A stretch of DNA of 64,000 nt from Tubiluchus corallicola (lineage: Eukaryota; Animalia; Priapulida): positions 315,017 through 379,016 of the forward strand of contig JAQGDQ010000101.1 in assembly GCA_030141605.1 (NCBI GenBank). Direction: 5' to 3'. Under the pieces are notes generated by a model that ran no database searches, was not told the origin of the DNA, and saw only the letters and a program-made list of their open reading frames with translations. How positions within the stretch are numbered: position 1 is the stretch's first letter; every line of letters starts with the position of its first letter. Shown here one piece after another: positions 49,640 through 61,700 of the stretch. The position numbers and the translations under genes were made by a program.

Positions 49640-49910
49640 TAAAACTGCGAACCGGAAACACAGGACCTGTATTTGGAAAACATGTCAGAGAATGGACAGG
49701 GAGAGGTCTGTAGGAGGGAATCCAGAAACTGCGAATCGGAGTACGCGGAATATCCGGAAACTGTGAACCAGAGTCTGTGGGAGTGGCCAGAATCTGTGAA
49801 TCGGAAACTACTGACTAGGTTTTAAATGGAGAGGCTTTAAAGAAAGTGAGAATCCAGAAAACTGCAAAACGGAAATTGTGGATTACCTGGAAACTGTGAA
49901 ACTGAAAATA
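49640..49910. repeat. Degenerate ~32-bp minisatellite
   Basis: Recurring ccagaaactgcgaatcgga / ccggaaactgtgaaccaga / cctggaaactgtgaaactga cores. Confidence 0.65.
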
Positions 49911-50779
49911 TCGGGTTTAATTTATTGTTTGGCTATGTGTTCTGTGCTAATCGTATAATTATAATTTACATAGTATGCAAGTAATGCAGTGATGATATTT
50001 CTGAAATTAACCTACATCTTAGCATCGTGATAGATATGGGCACAGTATGTATGTAAATTGAACACTGACTAATTGCTTGAAGGAGTACAAACCTAACGAA
50101 CACACCATGCAGCTTAGTAAAGATTTAACCCACATGCAGGCTGTAAAATTTGCTCCGATAAGTTCTCCAATGAAATACTTGATGATGCTGCTATTAAAAG
50201 TACTTATAATGAGTAATAAACTTAAAATAATTAATTTGAACGCCAAGTTGAGAATTTTAAAGAAATTTAGGCAATGCAGTATTGAACGCATTTGCCTTTC
50301 CAGAGTCATAAACATTTTTACAAGTGATTCAACGTTAAAACTAAAGTTAAAGTCATTAAAATCGGGCCCAATTTTTACGTTAAAAACTATGATAATTAAT
50401 AATTATTACAGGTAAGTTGGTGTTGCCATTGTACAGCTGTAAGATGCATATCGAAGCAATAAATAAAATTTTATGGGAATTACATTTAGCTTTCACACAT
50501 ATGAAAATGTTTGAAGTAAAAATTAAGATCTGCGTTACATAACTTATTAAGTCAAGACTATAAAGCATAGCATCAGGATTAAGGCAACATAGGTCCACTA
50601 GTAAAATATATGAAGTTATTAAGCTTAGATTTATCAGCGCCATAATTAATTTACTATTGTGTGACTTAGAAAGAGTAACGTAAATTATGAGAGTTAGACT
50701 GATTGCCAACAGGCTAATGTTGACGATAGGCCTATAACATGCACACATTTCATCATTAATGGGTACATTATATAAAGTA

Positions 50780-51240
50780 CAGACGGCACTAGTCGTCCGA
50801 AAAGCTAATTAAAAGTAGATTCCGAATTGCATTAATTTTAGTGATTTGGATTTATTGGATGATGAGCAAAAAGGATTTCAGCCATGTGGATGGAGTTAAC
50901 ACAAGATATATATTTAAACTCTTATCTGATGTTCAGAGACAAATAAACAATAAATTGGTGAAGCTATTGATAGTATCTGGATTGATGGGTTGACATGGTA
51001 GTTGCTTCACCAGAGTATTCAGGGAAAAATGTTAAACGTTGTTAAATGCTTATTCAAAAACCGTAATATTAATCTAGGTAAAAACCGTAACCTTGGAATC
51101 AATAATATTATTTCACAAACTTACTCTTGCCAGATTAGTTTGCCACAAGATCCAGTGCTGTCACCAATTTTATTGTTTCATGATGACAATGATGACAGTC
51201 TCGCAAAGAATAAAAAAAAATATGCTGATGGCAAAGAATT
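50780..51240 (+). mobile_element. LINE RT relic, similar to the 32.8-37.5 kb LINE
   Basis: LLDDEQKGFQP, DSIWIDGL, IQGKMLNVVKCLF, SCQISLPQDPVLSPILL, KYADG. Confidence 0.7.
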
Positions 51241-51749
51241 AGAAACTGTTGTTCTAAATATAGAGGTTGGCTTCAATTCTGATTTTCCACCATAGTTTAA
51301 GATTGTATCCTGATTTCCTTTTACTATATTTCTTTCTACATTTGCAGGGAGAAACATAAACAGGCCAGCTGTAATTCACCATGACCTAAATGCGATTTAC
51401 TAGCATGTATCATTCATGATTCATTCCCATAGGTGACTCTGCTGGAGTACTGATTTGCAGTACGAATTAAAAAAACACAAACTTACAATACGTTTCTGGT
51501 GAAATCGTGTGTAACCAGGTTGCGCATTCTCTGGGTAGAATAATTTTCGTGTAATGTGCGATGCCCACGTTACATTATTCTTGAGCAATTCGAAATGTAA
51601 TACAAAAATATACATCAGTTTCATCCGCACGTGTTAAGGGAACCAACTCTAATTATAGAAAAAGTAATAGTGCAAAAAGTGCTTTAAAAATTGTTTTTTC
51701 TAGTAATAAAAAGATAGCTTAACATTTGTTTTTGTGTAACACAACCAAA

Positions 51750-53394
51750 ATGGTTTTTTTATCGCAATGTCGATCAGGTAATCGACTGATTTTTGCAGTG
51801 TTTATTATAGCTATTGTTGTCAGTTATGAATTTTTTCTACGCGGTGATTGGTTGCGTAAATTAACAAAAACTCCTCACACTGAATTTGAAATAAAAGTAC
51901 TAAACGATCGACTAGAAGATTTGAGAAATACCAAAACATCATTAGATAGCGAAGTTGAAGTTACTAAGAGGCAAATAAAGAAACTGCTGCAAAAGAAAAA
52001 AAAATTAGTGGACGAATTACCGATTGACATTAGTTTGTACAATGAAACAAGTTCGTGGTCTGATTTGGAACCTCACACAGCCGAAAAACAGTCGAAACAT
52101 TCAACAAATTGCAATTTTGATACGTGCGTAGACTATTCGCGTTGTTCATTGTCAAACATGTTTAAGATTTATGCTTATTTAGAAGAGGAGAATACTAACG
52201 ACAATATTAAAACATCTATCATCGATGCACTTTCTCGCAGTATGTACCTTACACGAGACCCAAAAAAAGCGTGCATGTTTATCGCATTTATGCAAAGCGG
52301 TACAGAAGGACAGTCAGAGTTTCAATTTGAATCATTGCCATACTGGAATGGAGATGGCAAAAATCACCTTGTTTTTCATCTGTCAGACAGCGTGAAACAT
52401 TTTAATGATGATACTATTGTAAAAAAAGTTGATCAAGCCATGCTTGCTCGATCTAATTTTGATAGAAAAAAATTTAGACCAGGTTATGATATAATTCTTC
52501 CAATCTTGTCTCAAATAATTCATGATGATGTGTGGAAACCACCTCCGCCTCCAATACCTGCCAGAAGACGATATTTGCTTACCTTTTCTGGAGAAATATA
52601 TAAGCAAGGGAAAGACAAAGAAGATGACACTTATGAATTTGAGGTAGATGAAAACTCGCATTATTTATATTTTGATCAACAATTTGTCAGCAAAACGTTA
52701 AAAAGAATGGCGTCATCCGCTCAAGCTGATTATTACCTTGAATTTAAATGTGATTCTGTAAATATGATAAAATTGAATGATAATCAACTTCCTTTTGAAT
52801 GGACACTGTGCGGCAATGCAGAGGATCGTTCACTTCTTTTGAGGGAATCAACATTTTCCTTAATAATTTCGCCAAGCAATGCGAGCGTTGTTTCTTCTGC
52901 TTTGACTAGTAAACGTCTTGTAGAGTCCCTAAAATACGGTGCTGTGCCTGTGATACTGGGGTCGATTAAGTTACCGTTCTACGAACATATTAATTGGAAT
53001 AGAGCTGCATTTTTTCTACCTCCAGCCCGCATCTTCGAACTGGATTTTTTTCTGAGGACTATTACAGGTGGCGATATTGTTGCGATGAGACGTCAAGGTC
53101 GCATCATATGGGAACGGTACTTTTCATCTGTTCAAGCCGTGATTGAAGCAGTATTGGCACAGATTCGTACAAGATTACAGCTACCGGCTGTGCATCCCAC
53201 TGAAGATGTTAACTTTGTTTTACAACCCCATTCAAATTCCTCAATCAAACAAAGGAAGTATCCATCTGTCCCCTTTTGGAGAAATATCACGTGGTCTTGT
53301 TTAACTGATAACTGGAATAACATTGTTGATTCATACAACCTTTCTCCGTATAATCCATACGAGCCATTTTTAAATAACGGAGCTGAATTTACAG
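51750..53394 (+). CDS. EXTL3: EXTL3-like exon 1 (TM, coiled coil, GT47 exostosin domain)
   Basis: [73 protein letters not shown]; donor ACAG|gtatt. Confidence 0.93.
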
Positions 53395-56300
53395 GTATTT
53401 CAAACACTTTTTGTGTTTTTGTAAAATAGCAATCAATGCGTTCTACCAGGCAATAGTTGATATACGTTTTCTGGACACAGTTAACACAGCATCCTAGATT
53501 TTGAAATCACATAGTTTGATGTATCTCTGGTTCTAAGAGCAAAGCATCAGTAATTGATAATTTTATTTTGCTGTTTAGCACTCTTCAAATCAAGATCCAG
53601 CACTTAAGCACTGAGTGACTTATTCAATGCTGACGATTGCAGCAAAACTGGATGTGAACACCTGTCAATAATAATCTTCTAAGACTGAGACACTCAGCCA
53701 GCTGGGCATATATATATATATATACATATCCTCCTTCAAGAAGGTATATAACTGAGGAGAGGGCAGTGTGGCACCATCTAGGAAGAAGCGATTTTCTTAC
53801 AGTCACTCATCAACTTACTACTCAAGTCTGGCATTGTTTAACATCATAATTTTCAGTACTGCTTGTATTGCTAGGATTTTGTGTGTTTAGTATTGCTAGG
53901 CTAGAAAACTCTTACTTAGGAGTAAATATTCTTGATTTTTAGAAGTATTCCTTACTTTGCAACAAAACTGAGATTTGCCATTATGATTTCTCATAAAGAA
54001 AAAACAATTTTTCTTTGCGAAAAATTAGTGTAGTTCTCGTAATCTAGTTTCTCTTGGTACAAATCCTTACGGCTGAAATAAATGAAAACAAAAAATCGAC
54101 GTATTGGTTTGTTAATAAAATACAGTACAAAACACCAGTTTAGCAAAAGTTTCTTTTTTCTGAAAGACAATTATTAACATTTAGTTTAACTTCGTTGAAT
54201 AGAAGAAAATTAGTTGCATGATTAAATGTATTGCTATAACTACGTAATTAGGTAAACTATATTGAAATTAATTAACAATAACTTAGGTTGTTAGAACCTT
54301 TAACAGTTACAAGGACAGCAATGAGAACTGCAAGTAGCCTTAAGAACAACAATGCCACAACAATAAATTCGTAAGAAATTCACAGTCATAATGCTCATTA
54401 CAGACTGAAAAATAGAGCTATGGCGGAGAGAACCAAAAGACGGGTAAAATGTCATACAACTACTATAGCTATAGCTCACGAAAGGCCAAAATGCTAATGT
54501 GTTCAAGGATATTAGGTGCTTCAATTTTAAAAGAGTGAATACTGTAAAAGGTAAAAAGCCTACTAAATAAACAAACAGGTAGCAGCACCGTGGCAGTAAT
54601 TGAGAACTAAATTACAACCAAAAAAGATCCTATGCATCCACTACATATGTTGTTCTTCGTTTTTTTTAAATGAAGTGAAGCTGTTACACCCAAGAATTCA
54701 AGTTTTTAAAAACAAGGCTCCGATTGTGCTGGTGCTGACGACTCAGTCAATTCTTGTATGAACAGAAACATTTGAAAGTTGGTCGAATGCTCTGTGATCT
54801 TGTTATTATTATTCTTTCCTTTTTCTATCAACCTCAAAATGCTTGATACTGTCGTAAATAGTCGTCAAGTGGGCTTGGTTTGAATGTTGTGACTTTAGCT
54901 CAGGTTTATATGAGGCTGGACTTAACAGGCGACCAAGCTGACCAAGCCTAATAGAACTTGAAGTTGAAACCTAGTCTCCTGCCTTCTGATGACATGTTCT
55001 GACCAGCAAAAATTATTTCATGCCATTTTATAGTTATTTTGTTGATTTTATTGTCATGGAACATGGAAAGAATCACTGCCACTGACTTAAACTGAAAAAT
55101 AACTGCAATAAATCATAACTGTGGAAAATAGTAGATATTCTTAGCTTCGCTTACAGTCGGTAGTTCGTCATAGCATAATGACCTTAACTTGTTTACAATG
55201 TGCTGTTTTGGTTCGATCCTCAGTTTAAATTTTCATGTGAGTTTTAAACCATGTATAGGTTTGTGTTTGTACAGTCAGCATCTTTGTAGGCAGGCAAGAT
55301 TTCAACTTGTCCCTGCTTTATAGGGAGGGGGGGTAATCATGAAAATCAAGTTAAACTTATTTTATAGTTGCCTTCCCCGGGAACAACTTGGAAATTTTTT
55401 AGCAGTACATTGCCTAATTAATAAGTGATTAACTTAAGTATATTTCACGGGAAACGCCATGGAGCTGCATTTACGCCTAGCAGCTCAGGCTGATGACGTG
55501 ACAGAGTGTCAATCAGCCTGTTGCGATACTGTCGACATGGTGGGCTAAAAATAAAGCTGTTATCGCTACATTACAACTTTGACCTCAAACATGAAATTTT
55601 TGTGAAGAATGAGGTACGTATTTAATCGCGAGTTATTCAAGCTCAACTTAATTTTGGTGATATTCCCCCTTTAAACTTTCATCGATAACTGTACTTTGTT
55701 TTTTTTGAAGTAACTTATGTTGTTTAATTTGTTTAAACGGATTTGATTAATGGCATTGGTATACATTTGACGTGATTTTTATACGATTGAACTTCCACAC
55801 CTCAATTATTTCTTCTACAATATAACTGCGAATTTTAGCTACAATTTTCAAGTTATCAAACTTTATAATCCTTGTAGACGATTATTAGCAAGCCTACATT
55901 TGGCTTGCTAATTACTCATATACCTGTATCTGTTTATTGCTTCATCCTTGTCTCACTAACTTGTTTTTAATGAGTTTGAGTCGTTGATTTTGTAAATAAG
56001 CTCTTTGATTTTGAGGGTATCTGCATGTTGTGAGAAATTTTGGTGTATTACGAATGGCTTAATGCTCATGATTGCATAATTTTCATTGTATGTGTGTATT
56101 TTGTTTTCATGGTGTGGTGTCATATGTCAGTAAGTGTTAGTCGTGTATTTATTTCAATATTTATTTTCCTAGCAAAGTTGGAATCATATCAGTAACAAGT
56201 TTGATACTGACGGTTTCATATAAAGGAAGAACCAACCTTGCCTGTCTAGGTTTAAACATCTCGAGTTACAAAATAAAAAAAACACTTAACTTACATCATC

Positions 56301-58689
56301 CACCACAATCATGTTATCGCAGGGATTTAATACCGAAGCAGTTATACTCTAAATAAACGTAGCAGCTAGCAAACTTAAAAACGTATTTCGTTTATTTTGT
56401 GTTTAGTTGTTACGATGACATATAAAAGACTTCGGTTGTTGCTGCAGTCACTGCAGACACTTAAGAACTTACCACATCTCAACAAGGTGTTAGTTATCTG
56501 GAATGACCCACAACCACCAGTCGCTTCCACTGAGTGGCCAAATATAGGAGTACCAATAGTGGTAAGGTTACTAACTTACTATTTTCGTTTGCATTTTTGC
56601 TGCTTTGTTTGCTTGTTTAAGGAAAAAAACAGAAGTGAAAGAAGTAAAACAGAAGTGAATTGTGTGTTGGATTTGGAACATTTTCTGGATTTACCGAAAA
56701 TGTCTCGATAAGTCTTGTGTTCTATTTTAACAGGTAATCAAAGCAGGTAATAACAGTATGAACAACAGATACAAACCTTACAAATTCATTGAAACGGAAG
56801 CTATATTTTCTATCGACGACGACATTCGTATCAGTCATGAAGATATTGTGTTTGCTTTCAGGTAAGAAGTTCGTACTTATCTGGTTTCACATTTAATATG
56901 CATTCATTCTTCCAAAGAATGGCCTTAGTAGTCAAGTCCATACCAAAATACATGCTAAAAATTACTTAGTAGTCATTCAAGTACATGCTACAAATGACTT
57001 AGTTGTCATTCAAGTACATGCTTCCACGTTAAAAATGTACAATAATTATAAAAACTATATAACGGTTATTTAAAATGTCACTTATAACGAAATTATGGAG
57101 TTTTTATATTCCAAATATGGCCAAACTTTTTTTGTTTTGCTTGCGCAATTTATATTTGGCGACGGACGCTACTCCCTTTTTCAGAGGTTAAATAATATTG
57201 TTTAAATGCAATTTAAAAGAGGCATATTAATCCAAATTTACAACATCCTAGAAATGAGAATGTAAGTGAAAAATTAAAGTGAAATATCTTCATATTTCGA
57301 TGCATGATGTTAACTCTGCCTGTTCTGCTTACACATCCAGGGTCTGGTTTCTATTCTGTATTCTCTGAAGTTTTGATTGCCTGATTATCCTGCATACCAT
57401 TTGGCTTTGCAGCTTCCTTTAGCTTTTTGATGTTCTCAGATGCAATGTCAACTACTTCCTTCTCCTCTTCGACGAATTTTCTTAGATGAGCAAGATTTGT
57501 TACATACTCCTTGCCGTCTGCAGTTTTCACCCATATTGCTTCCCATATGATCTATCACAGTTAGTGGCATTTTGCTGCATCTTGTTGTTAGCTTATTCTT
57601 CTTTAATTGCTCCCTCAAAACTTTATCTCCAAGACTAAGTGACCTTGATTTAGCATTTCGACAGCCATATGCATAATCTTTGCCTTTCTGCTTAAATTAG
57701 CTCTGGAAATTTTGAGCAGATTTCGCGTCTGAGCATATGATTTGTCGATTCCGTGTGGAGTTGTACAATAAGCTAATAGAAGTGAAGTTCCAATCTCTTC
57801 GCTCAGCATAGACAATCTTTATAGCGTTTCAGCTTTATTATGTGGTTTTGCCGTTCAATTTCTTCACTGGCCTGTGGCCGTAGTGGTTGGCCAGTAATAT
57901 GTCTAATTCTACACGTATCATGTTTAAATTCTTCAGGGAGAAATTGTTTACCATTATCTGTACGCCATTGTGCCATATGGGCTTGCCAAATCTAGCAAAT
58001 ATCCCCTGACAGGAACCAATTCCATCGTCTGAATCGTGTCTCATTCAGGATCTGAATCTCAAGCAATATGCTGTAATAATCTACTATAGAGAAGACATAA
58101 CTACCATCAGGCATGAGACCTAGTAGATCTGCTACACAATCTTGCCAAAGTAATATCGGTTTTAATCTCCTCGTCGGTTTAGGTGGTGGTAGTTGGACAA
58201 CCGGTTGACAAGCTAAACATTCATTGGAGATTCTTTCTGCATCAGCATGATGTCACCATACCTTCGTTCAGAGTCTCTTCTTCACTTTGACAATTCGTTG
58301 GTTAGGCGGAGCACCTGGCTGTCTGGGATTACAATCCGGCATCCTCTTAGTACTATTTTTCAACAGTACATAGTTCATTTCTCACACATTTATACAATGC
58401 AGGACAATTGTCCCAGTTCTCAGTCAGTATACATTTATGATCACTTGAGTTTGTCATCCTGCTCAGAAGCACATTCAATCTTCCACAGTTTCAGTGCTTT
58501 TGGAGTTGCAGCAGTGGCTATCATTCGAAATTCTTGCTCGGCTTCATTTACGTGCAATGAAGTTTGTCGAACAAGTAGTGATAAAGCATCTGCAACCATT
58601 TCTTTACGTGGAACGTACTTAACTGTGAAATCGTATCGTTGCAACCTCAGCACCCACCACTCAGTACATGTACAAGGTTTCACTTTGGA

Positions 58690-58734
<45 letters not shown>

Positions 58735-61700
58735 TAGTCTATGATTTGTAATTATTTTAAATTTGATGCCATAGACATACATATGGAATCTTTCAGAAGA
58801 CCACACTGTCCTTAACGCTTCTTTTTCTGTTTGCGAATGCGACGTTCCACACTTGACAATGTACACATTTTGCTCTGTTTTGATTTTGTATTTGCATAGC
58901 GCCTAAACAAACGGGTTACCTTCAACAACAAATTCTGTCTCTAAATTTTTCTCAAAATATGCTAATACAACTGCATTTTTCAGTTGAGTTTAGGAAATCG
59001 AAAGACTGATTTTCTTTATGACCCCAGTCAAATTCCCTCCTTTTTTGTCAGTTTTTGGAGTAATTCTCTGCTTGTTCTGACAAGTTTCCTTCAGTAAAAG
59101 CCGTTGGCTTTGCTTTGGGTAAATAAATAAATGCCATGTAGGGCCTTGGCTAGTATATGATTAATGCATAAATTGTTGTAGGGTATGGCAAGAGCATCGA
59201 TACAGAATTGTTGGTTTTGAAGGGCGGTCTCATAAGTGGAATGCTAAAAAGAAAATGTGGGAGTATTTATTGATGCCTTTCTGTGAGTTTTCCATGGCTT
59301 TAAGTGGTGTTGCTTTCTTCCATAAGGTAATTCACTTCAATTATATTTATTTATTTCAGATTAGCATTATACCACTATTTTGATAGTTGTACGTGATTGA
59401 CTGTGTTTCTAGTAAAAGTACTGAAATGTCCTTGTTGTAAAAGAAATGTTTAATCCTTTCATGTTCTTAAATTAAGTTCACGAAGTCCGCACAATAAATA
59501 AATCCAGAAACCACGGGAACACTATAATACCATATAATAACACTGTAACACGAAAAAGATTAGCTAACCAGTCCAGCATGAGCAATGCCGTCAGCTTTTT
59601 AATCCTGGGCTTGGCCTTTTATCATCAATGATTGCCAATCAAGTAACATGATCACTTGCTATCCGGAATACGAATTGGTATTTAATGGGGTTGTTAAGTC
59701 CTGTGGTTATTAAGCGATTGGGTTGATAAGCGTCAAAGAAAGGACGTTGGACCAGTGCAGGACTCAAATTTGTCCATGCAAGAAACACCGTAGCAATCAA
59801 CATGAATCGTGGCATTTTTGGAGAACGAAAGCAATGTGCTTTTTCTGGCTGGATACTCTTGTCAGTTTAAATTTATAGCTCTTGTTTTCTATAGGCTGCA
59901 ACGTTTTAAACTACCACTGTAGTTCTTTTTCAGGTGAACATAAAAAGATAAAAAACTAAAAAACACAAGAAATTTCTGAAACAACAGATGTAACTTTTTG
60001 CAGATTTTTGTTTATATTATCATAATATACACACGAAAAGGACACGTGCACGTAGAAAAAAACAGCAGCAAAACAAATAAAAACACAATGGAGAAACACA
60101 CAGGTAAAAATTACTAATCACAGTTATAGAACAGAGTGGGATACAACAGAAACTAATAGATTTCAGTGTCTTATGATTACAGAAGACGTTTCCAAAATGT
60201 CATATTAAATAAATGGTTTTGGATTGTGCTGTTAATTCCAGCTTTAATTGGGGACTCGGAATGGGCCTGCTTTTTCTTGTAGGAACACTAAATTAACAAT
60301 ACAAGAACCAGCACATCAAAAGCAAAAAACAAAGTTCGAAGATAAGCACGTCAAATACAAAAACGCACAAAGTCCAAGAGTCAATATGTCAAGAAAATTA
60401 TAAAAATCAAATGTCAAAACACCAAGTACAAATCAAGTGTCAGAAAAAATGACCACAGTTTACTGACAACAAAAACGCACAGGAACAAAGTCCATGCCTG
60501 TAGACTATAACAAAACTATTACAAAAGCATGTAGAAATTTAATGTAGGTAAAATATCGATGTCATTCTGTTCGTAGTTGTTTGACTTATGGTTCTTCTAG
60601 ACAAAAGCCTCGACATCATTTGAATTTGTCTCATCTTCGTCATTATTTGAATTTGTCTCATCTTCGTCATTATTTGAATTTGTCTCATCTTCGTGGGCAT
60701 ATGGCTGACAAGTTAGGAAGCTGTTTTATTAACTTTAACATCCACTCCTCAGTTTGGAATTTTTTGTTTCTTGTTATTATTATTAAAAGTGTTACAAACC
60801 CCAAATTAATTAAGCTTTGATAACAAACTTGATAAGCAAGAAAGAAGAAAAACTTGGAACACATACAAGATTTGAACTAGGGAAGTTTCTGCTGACAGGC
60901 CAGGCGTCTTAGGCCACTAGGCTTTTATATTTCTCTGGTCAATGCAGTACAAACTTCTTGGACTAAGCGCCTGGTATGTAAGCAAAAGGTTCCTGCTTCA
61001 AATCAAAATCCAAGTTCAAATTCTTCACAATTCTTGACTTTCAAGTCTTTTTAAATCTTGGGCCTCTTGAAATCCTGCCTGTTTCGTCTGATTTAGCTGT
61101 GGTGTTTAAAGTTGTTCCTGATGCTTTAAACCTGTTTGATTTAATCAATTTAAATATTGTTTTGTCAAAGCCCAAAATCAAACACACGGCCGCAAATATG
61201 AGCTGCTTCATCCAAACAAAATTAATGGCCAAATGTGTTTTATATATTCGCAGGAACGCCCTCTCGAATGGTACGGTCTGTGTCACTTTCAACTTTTACG
61301 TAACCTTTTAAGTAACTTGCTATATGAGTGCTGAATTTTACACATTATGTTTAACTCAAATCTTTGTAAATATTATCGTATATAGCTACCTTGATATTAA
61401 AATTTAAAGTAACCGCGTAATTTTTATTGTACTGATAGCTATCCGTAAAAACCATGACGTCGATTTTAGATTGTTTTTTAATCTGTTCTATTGGTTTTTA
61501 ATACTTTATGTCCGCTGCCGTTGTAATTGCAATATGAATAAATAAGCAAGTTCGTGATCAAAACATAATTAATTCAAATTTCATTAATAATGATCTTAAC
61601 ATTAAAATTGTGATAATTAATTATTCACCAAATTTCAGGTTCAAAATTAGACAAACTAAACAAAGTAATCTAATTAGTTAGAATCATTTTAGTGTAGGAT

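Noticed and set aside
53395-53429. ORF-track C-terminus of the 567-aa ORF ([11 protein letters not shown])
   Set aside because: Read-through into intron 1; the homology continues in downstream exons.
55290-55400. Possible missing EXTL3 linker exon ([20 protein letters not shown]; nearby CLPREQL)
   Set aside because: Only superficial similarity to GGNVPREQF. I found no donor that keeps this motif in the required phase 1, and exon 1 already joins exon 2 in frame as EFTVVTMTY.
55486-55520. Hairpin caggctgatgac...gtcaatcagcctg as a hammerhead ribozyme
   Set aside because: Has CTGATGA but no properly placed GAAA or three-stem arrangement.
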